Assembly (NCBI GenBank): GCA_030603395.1
Contig: JAUVXX010000001.1
Span: 104,921-168,920, forward strand
Direction: 5' to 3'
Length of the DNA stretch: 64,000 nt
Source of the DNA: a bacterium
GTDB lineage: Bacteria > Patescibacteriota > Minisyncoccia > Minisyncoccales > CG1-02-41-26
Part shown: positions 16,758 through 26,007 of the stretch, piece after piece
Layout: each line of letters begins with the position of its first letter
How positions within the stretch are numbered: the first letter of the stretch is position 1
The notes under the pieces: model-generated
What the model saw: the letters and a program-made list of their open reading frames with translations, nothing else
Told to the model about the DNA's origin: nothing
Database searches by the model: none
Translations under genes and position numbers: made by a program

Positions 16758-17207
16758 ATGAAACATAAAACATTTCTTTCTATGTCTCCTTCCCAAACAG
16801 AAAAACTGGGCAGGGAATTGGCCAAAGAGATTTTGAAATCTCCCCTTCAAAAGGGAGCGGTGGTGATTGGTTTGAGAGGGGATTTGGGGGGTGGTAAAAC
16901 AACCTTCTTAAAGGGTTTTGCCAGGGGGCTCAGTATAAAGAAGAAAATTCTCAGTCCCACTTTTATCATTATGAGAAGATTTAAGGTTTATAATTTACCC
17001 TTTAAGAATTTCTATCATTTTGACTGCTATAGAATTAAAAAACCCGAGGAAATTTCAAACCTCGGCTTTGAAGAAATTGTGGCTGACCCCCAAAACATTG
17101 TCTGTGTTGAGTGGGACGATAGAATCAAAAAGATTTTACCCAAAAACTCATTAATTTTAAACTTCCAATTCAAAGACAAAAGCAAAAGAAGGATAACTTT
17201 AAATTAG
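16758..17207 (+). CDS. tsaE: tRNA t6A biosynthesis ATPase TsaE
   Basis: P-loop GDLGGGKTTFLKG, a ..HFDCYR.. motif, about 150 aa. Confidence 0.85.
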   Translation: MKHKTFLSMSPSQTEKLGRELAKEILKSPLQKGAVVIGLRGDLGGGKTTFLKGFARGLSIKKKILSPTFIIMRRFKVYNLPFKNFYHFDCYRIKKPEEISNLGFEEIVADPQNIVCVEWDDRIKKILPKNSLILNFQFKDKSKRRITLN

Positions 17208-17933
17208 GTTCCAGAGAGCGAGAAAGAGTGATTTGAGTAAATCAACCATTAATTTATTTTCAATTAAAAAACCTTCTGGTTTTTGCCAGGAGAGAAAGAT
17301 AGCTTTGTCAGATAAAATTAGAGTGCCTTTTAAATCAAGAGAGGAGAGAAATTTTCTTTGTACCCCGGAAATCTTAGCTTTTGTTTTTACTTTTTTAGAA
17401 TAGATTTCCTTAACCTCAATCTTCCCCAATCTTTTTTTAATATTTTGATAAATAATTTCCCTTTGTCTGGTTTTTTGAGGATTAATCTTAGAACAGAAGA
17501 CATAAATATTTGAAGAGGGGGTGAAAGAAAAGGTTTCCTCCAGGGTCTTTAATCCCTCCTTGCCCCTATATTTTCTGACGCCCCCTTCTTCTGGGGCATA
17601 TTTTGATTCTAAGGCAGCAATAATGCGGATGAATTCTCTTTCTCTCTCTTCCAATTCTCTTTTCTGGATTCTCAGAATTCCTAAAATTCTCTCCGGGGAC
17701 TGAGCTGTAAAGTATCTTTTTTTTCTCTGCTTGGTCTCAATAAACAAACCCTTCTCTTCCAGGGTTTTGATAATCTGATAAGTAGTCGGTCTGGTAATTT
17801 TTGCTTCTTGAGCAATCTTTTGGACCGAATTCGGGCCCAATACCAAACCAGCCAGATAAACCCGGACTTCTTTTTCCTTTAATCCTAATTTCCTTAATTC
17901 TAAAGCAAGAATCTCCATAACTATATTAATCAT
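17199..17933 (-). CDS. TrmB-family transcriptional regulator
   Basis: N-terminal winged HTH (LGLKEKEVRVYLAGLVLGPNSVQKIAQEAKITRPTTYQIIKTLEEKGL). Confidence 0.7.
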   Translation of the reverse strand: MINIVMEILALELRKLGLKEKEVRVYLAGLVLGPNSVQKIAQEAKITRPTTYQIIKTLEEKGLFIETKQRKKRYFTAQSPERILGILRIQKRELEEREREFIRIIAALESKYAPEEGGVRKYRGKEGLKTLEETFSFTPSSNIYVFCSKINPQKTRQREIIYQNIKKRLGKIEVKEIYSKKVKTKAKISGVQRKFLSSLDLKGTLILSDKAIFLSWQKPEGFLIENKLMVDLLKSLFLALWNLI

Positions 17934-18073
17934 AAAGGATCAACCACTTTTAGTCAATAGTTCGTAGCCCAGAATGTCTTTAAAATGTTCGAGGTTGTTT
18001 TACAAATATTATTCCATTTTCGCCCGAAAAATCGGGCAATTTTTGATTTGGAGCTAAATTTTGTCGGAAAAAC

Positions 18074-18101
18074 TTGACAAAGTGTTTGGGGTGAATATAA
18101 T
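18074..18101 (+). promoter_or_regulatory. Consensus promoter (TTGACA-16 nt-TATAAT)
   Basis: TTGACA 18074-18079 and TATAAT 18096-18101. About 55-nt leader with GGGGGTGA before the ATG at 18162. Confidence 0.55.
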
Positions 18102-18161
18102 GTAAGGTAGCCGCTGAGACATTCCAGTTTCAGCAAAAAACTAAATAGGGGGTGAAAAAGA

Positions 18162-19088
18162 ATGAATAGGGTTTTAGCGACAATGGAAGTCAAAAAGGAA
18201 GATAGAAAACGCAGGGTACCTGTATTATTTCCGGAGAATGGCTTCGAAAAGAGGAACTGGTTCACTGAAATCGTTAGAATTCCGATGATCTGGGTTCTGG
18301 ATGTTTTACCAATTAGAATAGGAAGAGGGTTATTTCTGATGTTCAGCGGGCTCAAAGGCGATACCAGGACAGTTTTCCGATGGGCTGCGACCTACCGAGC
18401 CTTGGAATGTATATATACTTTCTGGGAGAGAAAATCCAATGGGGAGACCAACACCTCTGATAACTTTTGGCAGACATTCCTGAATAATGCGCGAGCAATA
18501 AGAAACAGATTGAAGGTGTTGAAGCAAGAATTAACAAAAGCAATTCAGGAAGTAACTGGAAGGAACGGAAGAGTAAATCTTCTAAGTTTGGGTAGCGGAA
18601 GTGCTCGGGGAGTTCTTGAAGTAGTGAATGATCTAAATGGTCAATACTCGATTCAAGTAAGATTAATCGACGCCAGCAGGAGGGCTATAAACTTCAGTAA
18701 AGAACTCGCTCGCATTTACGGCATTCATGATATCGAGTGGTATCGTGATTGGGTTCAGAACCTGGGAGAATATTGCGAAGACTTCAGGCCAGACGTGGTG
18801 GAAATGGCTGGATTACTTGACTACTTCCCCCGGAAAGAGGCATTAAAGTTGCTTCGAAAGATTTTTCAGGTGCTTCCTCCACAGGGATGCTTGTTGGTAT
18901 CAAATATCATACCGAATCCAGAAAAGAGATTCGTTTCAAGAGCCATCAATTGGCCTCTAATTTACCGATCCCCTCGTGAACTCGTAGAACTTCTGGTAGG
19001 GAGTGGATTTTTAGAAACAGAGATCAAAGTGGTTGAAGAACCCCTGAAAGTATACGCGTTAGCAGTGAGTCGCAAAAAAGTTGTTTAA
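18162..19088 (+). CDS. Class I SAM-dependent methyltransferase, substrate unknown
   Basis: Motif I LLSLGSGSARG, then an acidic ..LIDAS.. and a MAGLLDYF post-I region. Has its own promoter and terminator. Confidence 0.7.
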   Translation: MNRVLATMEVKKEDRKRRVPVLFPENGFEKRNWFTEIVRIPMIWVLDVLPIRIGRGLFLMFSGLKGDTRTVFRWAATYRALECIYTFWERKSNGETNTSDNFWQTFLNNARAIRNRLKVLKQELTKAIQEVTGRNGRVNLLSLGSGSARGVLEVVNDLNGQYSIQVRLIDASRRAINFSKELARIYGIHDIEWYRDWVQNLGEYCEDFRPDVVEMAGLLDYFPRKEALKLLRKIFQVLPPQGCLLVSNIIPNPEKRFVSRAINWPLIYRSPRELVELLVGSGFLETEIKVVEEPLKVYALAVSRKKVV

Positions 19089-19137
19089 CCCCTGAAAAGA
19101 TGATAAAATACAAAAAATAAGTCTTTTCAGGGGTTTT
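19087..19137 (+). terminator. Intrinsic terminator (14-bp stem)
   Basis: aacccctgaaaaga (19087-19100) pairs with tcttttcaggggtt (19122-19135), followed by tt. Confidence 0.6.
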
Positions 19138-19150
19138 ACTTTGCGGTTTT

Positions 19151-21352
19151 ATGGGAATATACGCTTTAATTGCTTTAATTAACGGAATTGCCAGTTCTAT
19201 TTTGGGTCCCCTTGTTTATTTTAAAAACCCTAAGGAAACTACTCATAAAACCTTTGGGTTGTTTTGTTTAGCTGTAGCAGTTTGGGGTTATGCTTATTTT
19301 TTCTGGCAAATTTCCGCTACTGAGAAGGTAGCTCTTTTCTGGTCCCGAGGTTTAATGGCTGGAGCAGTTTTAATTCCTATTTTTTATTTTCATTTTGTTC
19401 TAGCGCTAGTTAACAAAATTAAAAAGAAAAAAAAGCTTCTAATTTTTGGATATTTAATCTTTCTTTTTTTCTTTTTAGCAAATTTTACCCCTTGGTTTAT
19501 TAAGGGAGTAACGCCAAAATTAAATTTTGCTTTTTGGCCTAACCCCGGAATTCTTTACCATCCTTTCCTTTTGGTATGGTTTTTTTATGCCTTCTTCACC
19601 ATCTATCTGTTATTCAAACAATATTCAATTTCTTCCGGAGCCCAAAAGGCTCAATTAAGGTATGTTTCGATTGGAACAGTGATAGGTTATTTGGGTGGGA
19701 TAACCAATTATCTTTTGTGGTACGATATTCCCTTGCCTCCCATCGGAAACTGGGCCATTGCTCTTTACATGGGGATTGTTGCCTACGCCATTGTTAAATA
19801 TCGTCTGATGGATATTCGATTGGCGATGAGTCGAGGAGCTATCTATGTTTTCAGTTTCTTATCAGTAATTGCTTCAGCGTTTTTGATGATATTTCTGAAT
19901 AATCGGTTAGCTCAACCCATTTCTTTTAATGTCTTTTTCCCAATGACAATCATTGTGGCCGTCCTGCTTTTTCAGCTCTTTTTCAGATTTTTTGAAAAGT
20001 TAGGTTCAAAGTACTTCTACTATGTCTTTTATTCCTATCAAAGAGTTTTGACTGATTTGGGGAGGAGACTAACTCGGGTTTTGGAACTGAAAAAACTTAG
20101 TGCTTTAATCGCCAGCACCTTAATTAGAACCATGAAATTGGACAGAACCATTGTCCTTTTGCGAAACCCCGAAACAGGGGATTACCAAATTCAAAAGAAC
20201 ATTGGCTTTAAAGAAGAAAATGGCATTTCTCTGGTTCGGGATAATTTTTTAACCAGGTATCTTGAAAAAACCCAAAACCCCTTGGTTTATGAAGAACTCT
20301 CTTTGGTTATCAGAGACATCAAAGATGAAAAAGAAAGAAAGAATTTGGAAAGCTTGAAAAAGAGCATGAAAAAGATAAAGGCGGCTTTATGTCTGCCTCT
20401 ATTCCGGGAGAAAAAAGTTATTGGCATGATAGTTTTGGGCAGCAAAGTTTCAGGTGACCCCTATTCCCAGCAAGACCTTGAACTTTTAGCCACTTTGAGT
20501 TCTCAGGCCTCCATTGCCCTTCAAAACGCCCGGCTCTACAATCAGGTCCAGGACCTTTCCCAAAACCTTCAACAGAAAGTTGACGAACAAACCCGGGAAT
20601 TAAGACGGGCCTATGAGGAACTGAAAAAATTAGACAAGGCAAAATCAGAGTTTATCTCAATCGCCTCCCACCAGTTGAGAACTCCCCTAACCGCCATCAA
20701 AGGATACATCTCCATGATTTTGGAGGGCGACTACGGGAAATTGCCGGGCAAAGCTGTCAAATCAATGAAAAACGTTTATCAATCAAATGAAAGATTAATT
20801 AAGCTGGTTAATGGGCTTTTGAGTATTTCCAGGATTGAGGCTGGCAAAATGGAAATCAAAAAAGAAAGAATGTCAATCGAACCCTTAATCGAGTCTTTAA
20901 TTGAAGAACTTAAACCTCAAGCCCAACAAAAAAATCTCTATTTGAAATTTAAAAAACCAAAGACCAAAATGCCCCGGCTCTTAGCCGACAAAGAAAAGCT
21001 AAGACAGGTTCTTTTAAATGTTTTAGACAACGGCCTGAGGTACACTACCCGAGGGGGCGTTACCGTGAAATTAGAAATTAAAAATTCCAAACCCTTCGGC
21101 AGTGAGCTTAGAGCCGAACTGTTAAAAATTATCGTTTCAGATACCGGAGAAGGAATGTTGGAAGACGAGCTTTCCAAAATTTTTCAAACCTTTTCTCGGG
21201 GTAAGGCAGGAGCTAAGTTGTGGGTTGAAGGAATAGGACTTGGTCTCTACATTGCCAAAAGATTTATTGAACTCCAGGGAGGTAAAATTTGGGCTGAAAG
21301 CTCTGGGAAAGGTAAAGGGTCAACGTTCTATGTAGAGCTTCCCATAGGATGA
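19151..21352 (+). CDS. Sensor histidine kinase (N-terminal 7TM, GAF-like, HisKA, HATPase)
   Basis: About 7 hydrophobic helices at the N-terminus. H-box SIASHQLRTPLTAI, N box LDNGLRYT, G boxes DTGEGM and GIGLGLYIAKR. Confidence 0.85.
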   Translation: MGIYALIALINGIASSILGPLVYFKNPKETTHKTFGLFCLAVAVWGYAYFFWQISATEKVALFWSRGLMAGAVLIPIFYFHFVLALVNKIKKKKKLLIFGYLIFLFFFLANFTPWFIKGVTPKLNFAFWPNPGILYHPFLLVWFFYAFFTIYLLFKQYSISSGAQKAQLRYVSIGTVIGYLGGITNYLLWYDIPLPPIGNWAIALYMGIVAYAIVKYRLMDIRLAMSRGAIYVFSFLSVIASAFLMIFLNNRLAQPISFNVFFPMTIIVAVLLFQLFFRFFEKLGSKYFYYVFYSYQRVLTDLGRRLTRVLELKKLSALIASTLIRTMKLDRTIVLLRNPETGDYQIQKNIGFKEENGISLVRDNFLTRYLEKTQNPLVYEELSLVIRDIKDEKERKNLESLKKSMKKIKAALCLPLFREKKVIGMIVLGSKVSGDPYSQQDLELLATLSSQASIALQNARLYNQVQDLSQNLQQKVDEQTRELRRAYEELKKLDKAKSEFISIASHQLRTPLTAIKGYISMILEGDYGKLPGKAVKSMKNVYQSNERLIKLVNGLLSISRIEAGKMEIKKERMSIEPLIESLIEELKPQAQQKNLYLKFKKPKTKMPRLLADKEKLRQVLLNVLDNGLRYTTRGGVTVKLEIKNSKPFGSELRAELLKIIVSDTGEGMLEDELSKIFQTFSRGKAGAKLWVEGIGLGLYIAKRFIELQGGKIWAESSGKGKGSTFYVELPIG

Positions 21353-23577
21353 ATCAACAAAAACGTTTAGTTGTTATTGACAGCAATTCTTTAATTCACC
21401 GAGCTTATCACGCCTTGCCTCCCTTAAAGACAAGAAAGGGAGAGTTGGTTAATGCTGTCTATGGTTTTTGTTTAATTTTTTTGAAAGTACTAAAAGAGCT
21501 TGAGCCGGACTTTGTGGCAGCCACCTTTGATTTACCAGGTCCCACCTTTCGCCACAAAGAATTTAAAGAATACAAAGCAAAAAGACCACGGGCCCCTCAA
21601 GAACTTTACCAGCAGTTCTCAAAAGTAAAAGAAGTTTTGGGGGCTTTTAAAGTGCCAGTTTTTGAAAAGCAGGGGTTTGAAGCCGACGACCTCATTGGGA
21701 CCATTGCCACGGTAGCCCCCAAAAAGCAAATTTTCCCGAAGTTGGAAGTTGTTATCTTAAGCGGCGATTTGGATACCTTGCAATTAATCAATCCTCAAAC
21801 AAAAGTTTATACCATGAGGAAGGGGATTAAAGACACTGTTTTGTATGACCTGGAGAAAGTTAAAGAAAGGTACCAGGGAGTCAGCGCCTCCCAACTTTCA
21901 GACGTCAAGGGCTTGAAGGGAGACCCTTCTGACAATATTCCCGGGGTTACCGGGATTGGCGAAAAAACAGCTATTCAACTAATTAAAGAATTTGGGACTT
22001 TAGAGAATCTTTACCGAGAACTTGAAGAAGAAACAGAGAAAGCCAAACAAATAAAAGAAAATATCCGAAAAAAATTGAAAGAGTATAAAGAACAGGCCTT
22101 TATCTCAAAAGCATTAGTTCAAATACGATGCAATGTCCCGATAGATTTTAAATTGAAAGATTGTCAATTCGGGAAATATAAGCCAGAAAAAGTTACCGAA
22201 GTTTTTAAGAATTTTGAATTCTACACCCTGCTTAATCGCCTGCCCTCTTTCTCGACTGAAGCCCCTGTCGGGCAGAAGGCGTTAATAGAGGAGGAGGAGA
22301 ACGAGGAAGAGAAGATTGAGAAACTTTATCAGGAAAGAGTTTTTCCAAAAAAAATTTACCAGCTGGAAAAAACTCTGGTTCCGGTGGTAAAAAAAATGGT
22401 GGAGTACGGAATAAAGATAGATAAAGAGGCATTAAAAGAACTTTCGAAGAATTTAGATGCTCGCTGCCAAAATCTAATATCTAAAATCCATAAACTTTCT
22501 GGCAGTTCATTTAATGTCAACTCTCCAAAGCTGCTGTCTGAGGTTCTTTTTGAAAAACTAAAAATTTCTACAGACGACCTTAAAAAAACTCCAGGGGGCG
22601 TTATCTCTACCGCCTCTCAAGAACTTGAGAAACTAAAAGATGTTCACCCCGTCATTAATTTAGTTTTAGAATACCGAAAACTTTTCAAATTGAAGTCTGG
22701 CTTTGTAGAACCATTGCCCAAAATGGCAGAACTCAAAGACGGAAGAATCCATCCTCGTTTCCATCAAATAGGCACGGTGACCGGAAGGATGAGTTGCTCA
22801 AACCCCAATCTTCAGAATATCCCAATTAAAGGAGAAATTGGCAAGGGAATCAGAAAATGTTTTGTGGCAGAGAAGGACTTTAAATTTGTTTCAGCTGATT
22901 ATTCTCAAATGGAATTAAGAATTGCTGCTTCGGTGGCGGATGATAAAAAAATGAGAGAGATTTTTCAAAAAGGAGAAGATGTCCACCAATTAACAGCCAG
23001 CCAAATTTACCAAGTTCCCCAAGAAAAAGTTACCGGAAAGATGAGAGAGCTTGCCAAGACTTTGAATTTTGGAATCTTATATGGCATGGGAGTTAGGGGA
23101 TTTGCTCAAAGAACAGGTATTTCTCGAGACAGAGCTAAGGAATTTATTGACCAATATTTTAAAAAATTCCAAGGCATTGAGAAATACGTCAGAGATTCTC
23201 TCCAAAAAGCAAGGAAACTCGGCTATGTTGAGACACTTTTTGGCAGAAAGAGATTCTTGCCAGAAATCAACTCAATTGACCACAGGTTAAAAGCTCAAGC
23301 CGAAAGAATGGCCATAAATTTTAGAATCCAGGGGACAGCGGCTGATATCATTAAAATGGCTATGGTTGAAATTGAGAGACAGGGAATTTTAGATGATGAT
23401 TGCAGAATGATTTTACAGATTCACGACGAGTTGCTCTTTGAAGTTAAAGAAAGTAAAATTAAGGAAGTAGTTCCCCGGATTAAAAAAATTATGGAGAATG
23501 TTGTCAAACTTAAAGTCCCCTTAAAAGCGGACCTGAAGGTAGGGGAAAATTGGCTTGAGCTCCTTGAGTTCAAGTAA
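21349..23577 (+). CDS. polA: DNA polymerase I (5'-nuclease + polymerase; no evident 3'-5' exonuclease domain)
   Basis: N-terminal VIDSNSLIHRAYHAL. Pol A motifs DYSQMELRI, LAKTLNFGILYG and QIHDELLFE. Only 742 aa. Confidence 0.9.
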   Translation: MNQQKRLVVIDSNSLIHRAYHALPPLKTRKGELVNAVYGFCLIFLKVLKELEPDFVAATFDLPGPTFRHKEFKEYKAKRPRAPQELYQQFSKVKEVLGAFKVPVFEKQGFEADDLIGTIATVAPKKQIFPKLEVVILSGDLDTLQLINPQTKVYTMRKGIKDTVLYDLEKVKERYQGVSASQLSDVKGLKGDPSDNIPGVTGIGEKTAIQLIKEFGTLENLYRELEEETEKAKQIKENIRKKLKEYKEQAFISKALVQIRCNVPIDFKLKDCQFGKYKPEKVTEVFKNFEFYTLLNRLPSFSTEAPVGQKALIEEEENEEEKIEKLYQERVFPKKIYQLEKTLVPVVKKMVEYGIKIDKEALKELSKNLDARCQNLISKIHKLSGSSFNVNSPKLLSEVLFEKLKISTDDLKKTPGGVISTASQELEKLKDVHPVINLVLEYRKLFKLKSGFVEPLPKMAELKDGRIHPRFHQIGTVTGRMSCSNPNLQNIPIKGEIGKGIRKCFVAEKDFKFVSADYSQMELRIAASVADDKKMREIFQKGEDVHQLTASQIYQVPQEKVTGKMRELAKTLNFGILYGMGVRGFAQRTGISRDRAKEFIDQYFKKFQGIEKYVRDSLQKARKLGYVETLFGRKRFLPEINSIDHRLKAQAERMAINFRIQGTAADIIKMAMVEIERQGILDDDCRMILQIHDELLFEVKESKIKEVVPRIKKIMENVVKLKVPLKADLKVGENWLELLEFK

Positions 23578-23603
23578 AGGTCATAAATAAATAACCTTAA
23601 ATT

Positions 23604-24746
23604 ATGTCAAAAAGAACCTCTATTATTTTACTGGTTATAGTTATGGCTGCCATAGCTTGCGGAATAATTTGGCAGCGAAAAGGAGCAGAGGAAGAGCCTC
23701 AAGAAATCAAAATTGCCATGCTCGGACCCTTAACCGGGGGAGCCAGTAAATACGGGGTAGAAGTTCGTAATGGAGTTCAGCTGGCTATTTCCCATCTTAA
23801 TCAAAGACAGAGCAATTATCGATATACTCTGGTTGCCTTGGATGACCAAGCCGACCCCTCTTTGGCCGAACAAAGAGCCCAGGAATTAGTTGCCAGAAAA
23901 GAGATTTTAGCGGTGGTGGGTTCGGTGACAACCCCCACTACCCTGGTGGCTGGTGAGATTTTCCAAGAAGGCGGCTTGCCAGCAGTAAGCCCTTCAGCTA
24001 CAGGACCTGCCGTATCGGAGTTAGGGAATTTTATCTTTAGAGTTTGTCCCTCTGACACTTTTCAAGGCAGAGCTTTAGCTGAATACGTAGTTCAGGAGGA
24101 AGGTTTCTCTAAAATAGCCATACTTTGGGATGAGAAAAACGCTTCATATTCAGGAGAGCTGGCTGACTCCCTCAGCCAAAGGGTAGCAGAATTGGGAGGT
24201 ACGGTGGTGGGCAAAGAGGCCTATCAGGAAGGACAGAAAGAATTTAGTGCTGCTCTTGAGAATCTCAAAGCTTCGGCTCCTGAAATTCTCTTTATCCCTG
24301 GTTATTATACTGAAGCCGCCCTGATTGCTCAGCAAGTCCGGGCTATGGAGTGGGACGTTCCTCTTATCGGAGGAGATGGTTTCCATGCTCCGGATTTAAT
24401 TGAAATCGGGGGTAAGGCGGTAGATGGGGTGATATTTACCACCTTTTTTGTGAGCACCAACCCCGATTCCAAGGTGCAAGATTTTACGGCTTCCTACCAA
24501 AGCAGGTTTGGCTCCGAACCCGGCTGGATAGCTGCCAATGGCTACGATGCCATGCAGGTAATTGCCAAAGCTATAGAAGATGAAGGTTCCACTAGAGAAG
24601 CTATTCAAAGGGGTCTGGCTGCCATGGAAGGTTTTTCAGGGGTAACCGGGACGATAAGTTTTGACGAGAAGGGAGACGTTGTCAAGGATATTTTGAGATT
24701 GGAAATAAAAGAAGGAAAATTCCAGGTGACCGGCATCTACCAGTAA
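23604..24746 (+). CDS. LivJ-type (Peripla_BP_6) periplasmic substrate-binding protein, orphan
   Basis: N-terminal anchor. IKIAMLGPLTGGASKYG.. and ..VVGSVTTPTT.. are typical of the branched-chain amino-acid binding family. No cognate permease or ATPase genes adjacent. Confidence 0.8.
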   Translation: MSKRTSIILLVIVMAAIACGIIWQRKGAEEEPQEIKIAMLGPLTGGASKYGVEVRNGVQLAISHLNQRQSNYRYTLVALDDQADPSLAEQRAQELVARKEILAVVGSVTTPTTLVAGEIFQEGGLPAVSPSATGPAVSELGNFIFRVCPSDTFQGRALAEYVVQEEGFSKIAILWDEKNASYSGELADSLSQRVAELGGTVVGKEAYQEGQKEFSAALENLKASAPEILFIPGYYTEAALIAQQVRAMEWDVPLIGGDGFHAPDLIEIGGKAVDGVIFTTFFVSTNPDSKVQDFTASYQSRFGSEPGWIAANGYDAMQVIAKAIEDEGSTREAIQRGLAAMEGFSGVTGTISFDEKGDVVKDILRLEIKEGKFQVTGIYQ

Positions 24747-24759
24747 AGCCAATTAAATT

Positions 24760-26007
24760 ATGAAATTTTTCTTTCAACCAACCAAAGAAATGGTTCTTAT
24801 TTTAATTATTGCCCTTTTGCCTGTTTTTGTTTTTGGAATTATTGCTGTTAACCGAAGCGTGGAGGTGTCTCAACGGGCAGCCGAAAAAGAAGATGAGATG
24901 ATAGCTACCAATTTGGCTGACCAAACCCAACTTTTTTTGCGGAGAGCCGAGGACATCATTAAATCTTTGGCTGGGCTTTCTCTTCAAAATCTTAATGAAA
25001 ATAGCTTAGAGGCGGTTTATAAGAACAACAGTTTTCAAGATATCCCCATATTTGAGTCGTTGATTGTTTTAGACGAACAAGGGATTCTGAAGACCATTTA
25101 TCCCCCTAGAGAAGAGGTAATTGGCTTAGATTATTCCCGTCAAACATTTTTTGATTTTGTGAAAAGGGAAAAGGAAATATTTTTCTCCAGGGTCAAGTTC
25201 TCCGCGCTTTCTGAGCAGCCGGTAGTTGGGATTGCCGCCCCCATTTTCAAAGCGGAACCCGAAGAAACCTTAATAGGGGTGGTTCAGGGAGCAATTCGGC
25301 TTCAAAGTCTTTCTTCTTTAATTAAAGAATTTGGGGCTATTAGGGTTACCGGGCAGGCCTTTTTAGTAAATCAGTTTGGAGAAATCATTGCTCACCCTGA
25401 TTATCGCTTGGTCAGAGAGCAAGAAAATATTTCCAATACCAACCCCGAGCTTATGCAAGAGCTGCAGGAGACCGTCAAAGAGAAGGGTACTTTTCAATAC
25501 CTGAGCTCCCAGAGAGTTGAATACTTGGTTAGTTTCCAAACAATTTCTCCTACCGGCTGGAGATTGATAATTCAACAAGAAATGAAAGAGGTTTTGGCCG
25601 CCTCTTTTAGGTTGCGCCAATTTTTGTTGATTGTTTTGGCTATAACTTTCTTGGGAGCAGGAATAATCAGCTATCGAGTTGCCTCTTACATTGTCCGTCT
25701 CAAGAGAAGATGGGAGAGAATTAGAGAGGAGAGGTTAAAGGAATTAGAAGAAGTTAAAGCAGCCCTTGAAATAATGGTTAGAGCCAGAACCGTCCAGCTA
25801 AGAGAGCAAGCCGAAACTTTAAGAAAAGAAAATGAGAGAAAGACAGAGGAGTTACGAGAAAGAATGGGAGAACTTGAAAGATTCCATAGACTTGCTGTGG
25901 GCCGGGAATTGAAAATGACAGAACTCAAGGAACAAATCAAAAAAATGGAGGCCCAATTAAGAGACGCAAGGCTCCGACCTAAAAAATATGCCAAAAAATC
26001 AAAATAA
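24760..26007 (+). CDS. dCache-domain membrane sensor with cytoplasmic coiled coil, no output domain
   Basis: TM - extracytoplasmic Cache-like region (..GQAFLVNQFGEIIAHPD..) - TM - coiled coil (ARTVQLREQAETL..VGRELKMTELKEQI). Confidence 0.7.
   Translation: MKFFFQPTKEMVLILIIALLPVFVFGIIAVNRSVEVSQRAAEKEDEMIATNLADQTQLFLRRAEDIIKSLAGLSLQNLNENSLEAVYKNNSFQDIPIFESLIVLDEQGILKTIYPPREEVIGLDYSRQTFFDFVKREKEIFFSRVKFSALSEQPVVGIAAPIFKAEPEETLIGVVQGAIRLQSLSSLIKEFGAIRVTGQAFLVNQFGEIIAHPDYRLVREQENISNTNPELMQELQETVKEKGTFQYLSSQRVEYLVSFQTISPTGWRLIIQQEMKEVLAASFRLRQFLLIVLAITFLGAGIISYRVASYIVRLKRRWERIREERLKELEEVKAALEIMVRARTVQLREQAETLRKENERKTEELRERMGELERFHRLAVGRELKMTELKEQIKKMEAQLRDARLRPKKYAKKSK

Noticed and set aside
17954-18355. 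133-aa ORF on the - strand between the TrmB-like gene and the methyltransferase
   Set aside because: It runs antisense across the consensus promoter, the leader and the first 190 nt of the methyltransferase gene. It has no recognisable motif and looks like a translated AT-rich spacer.
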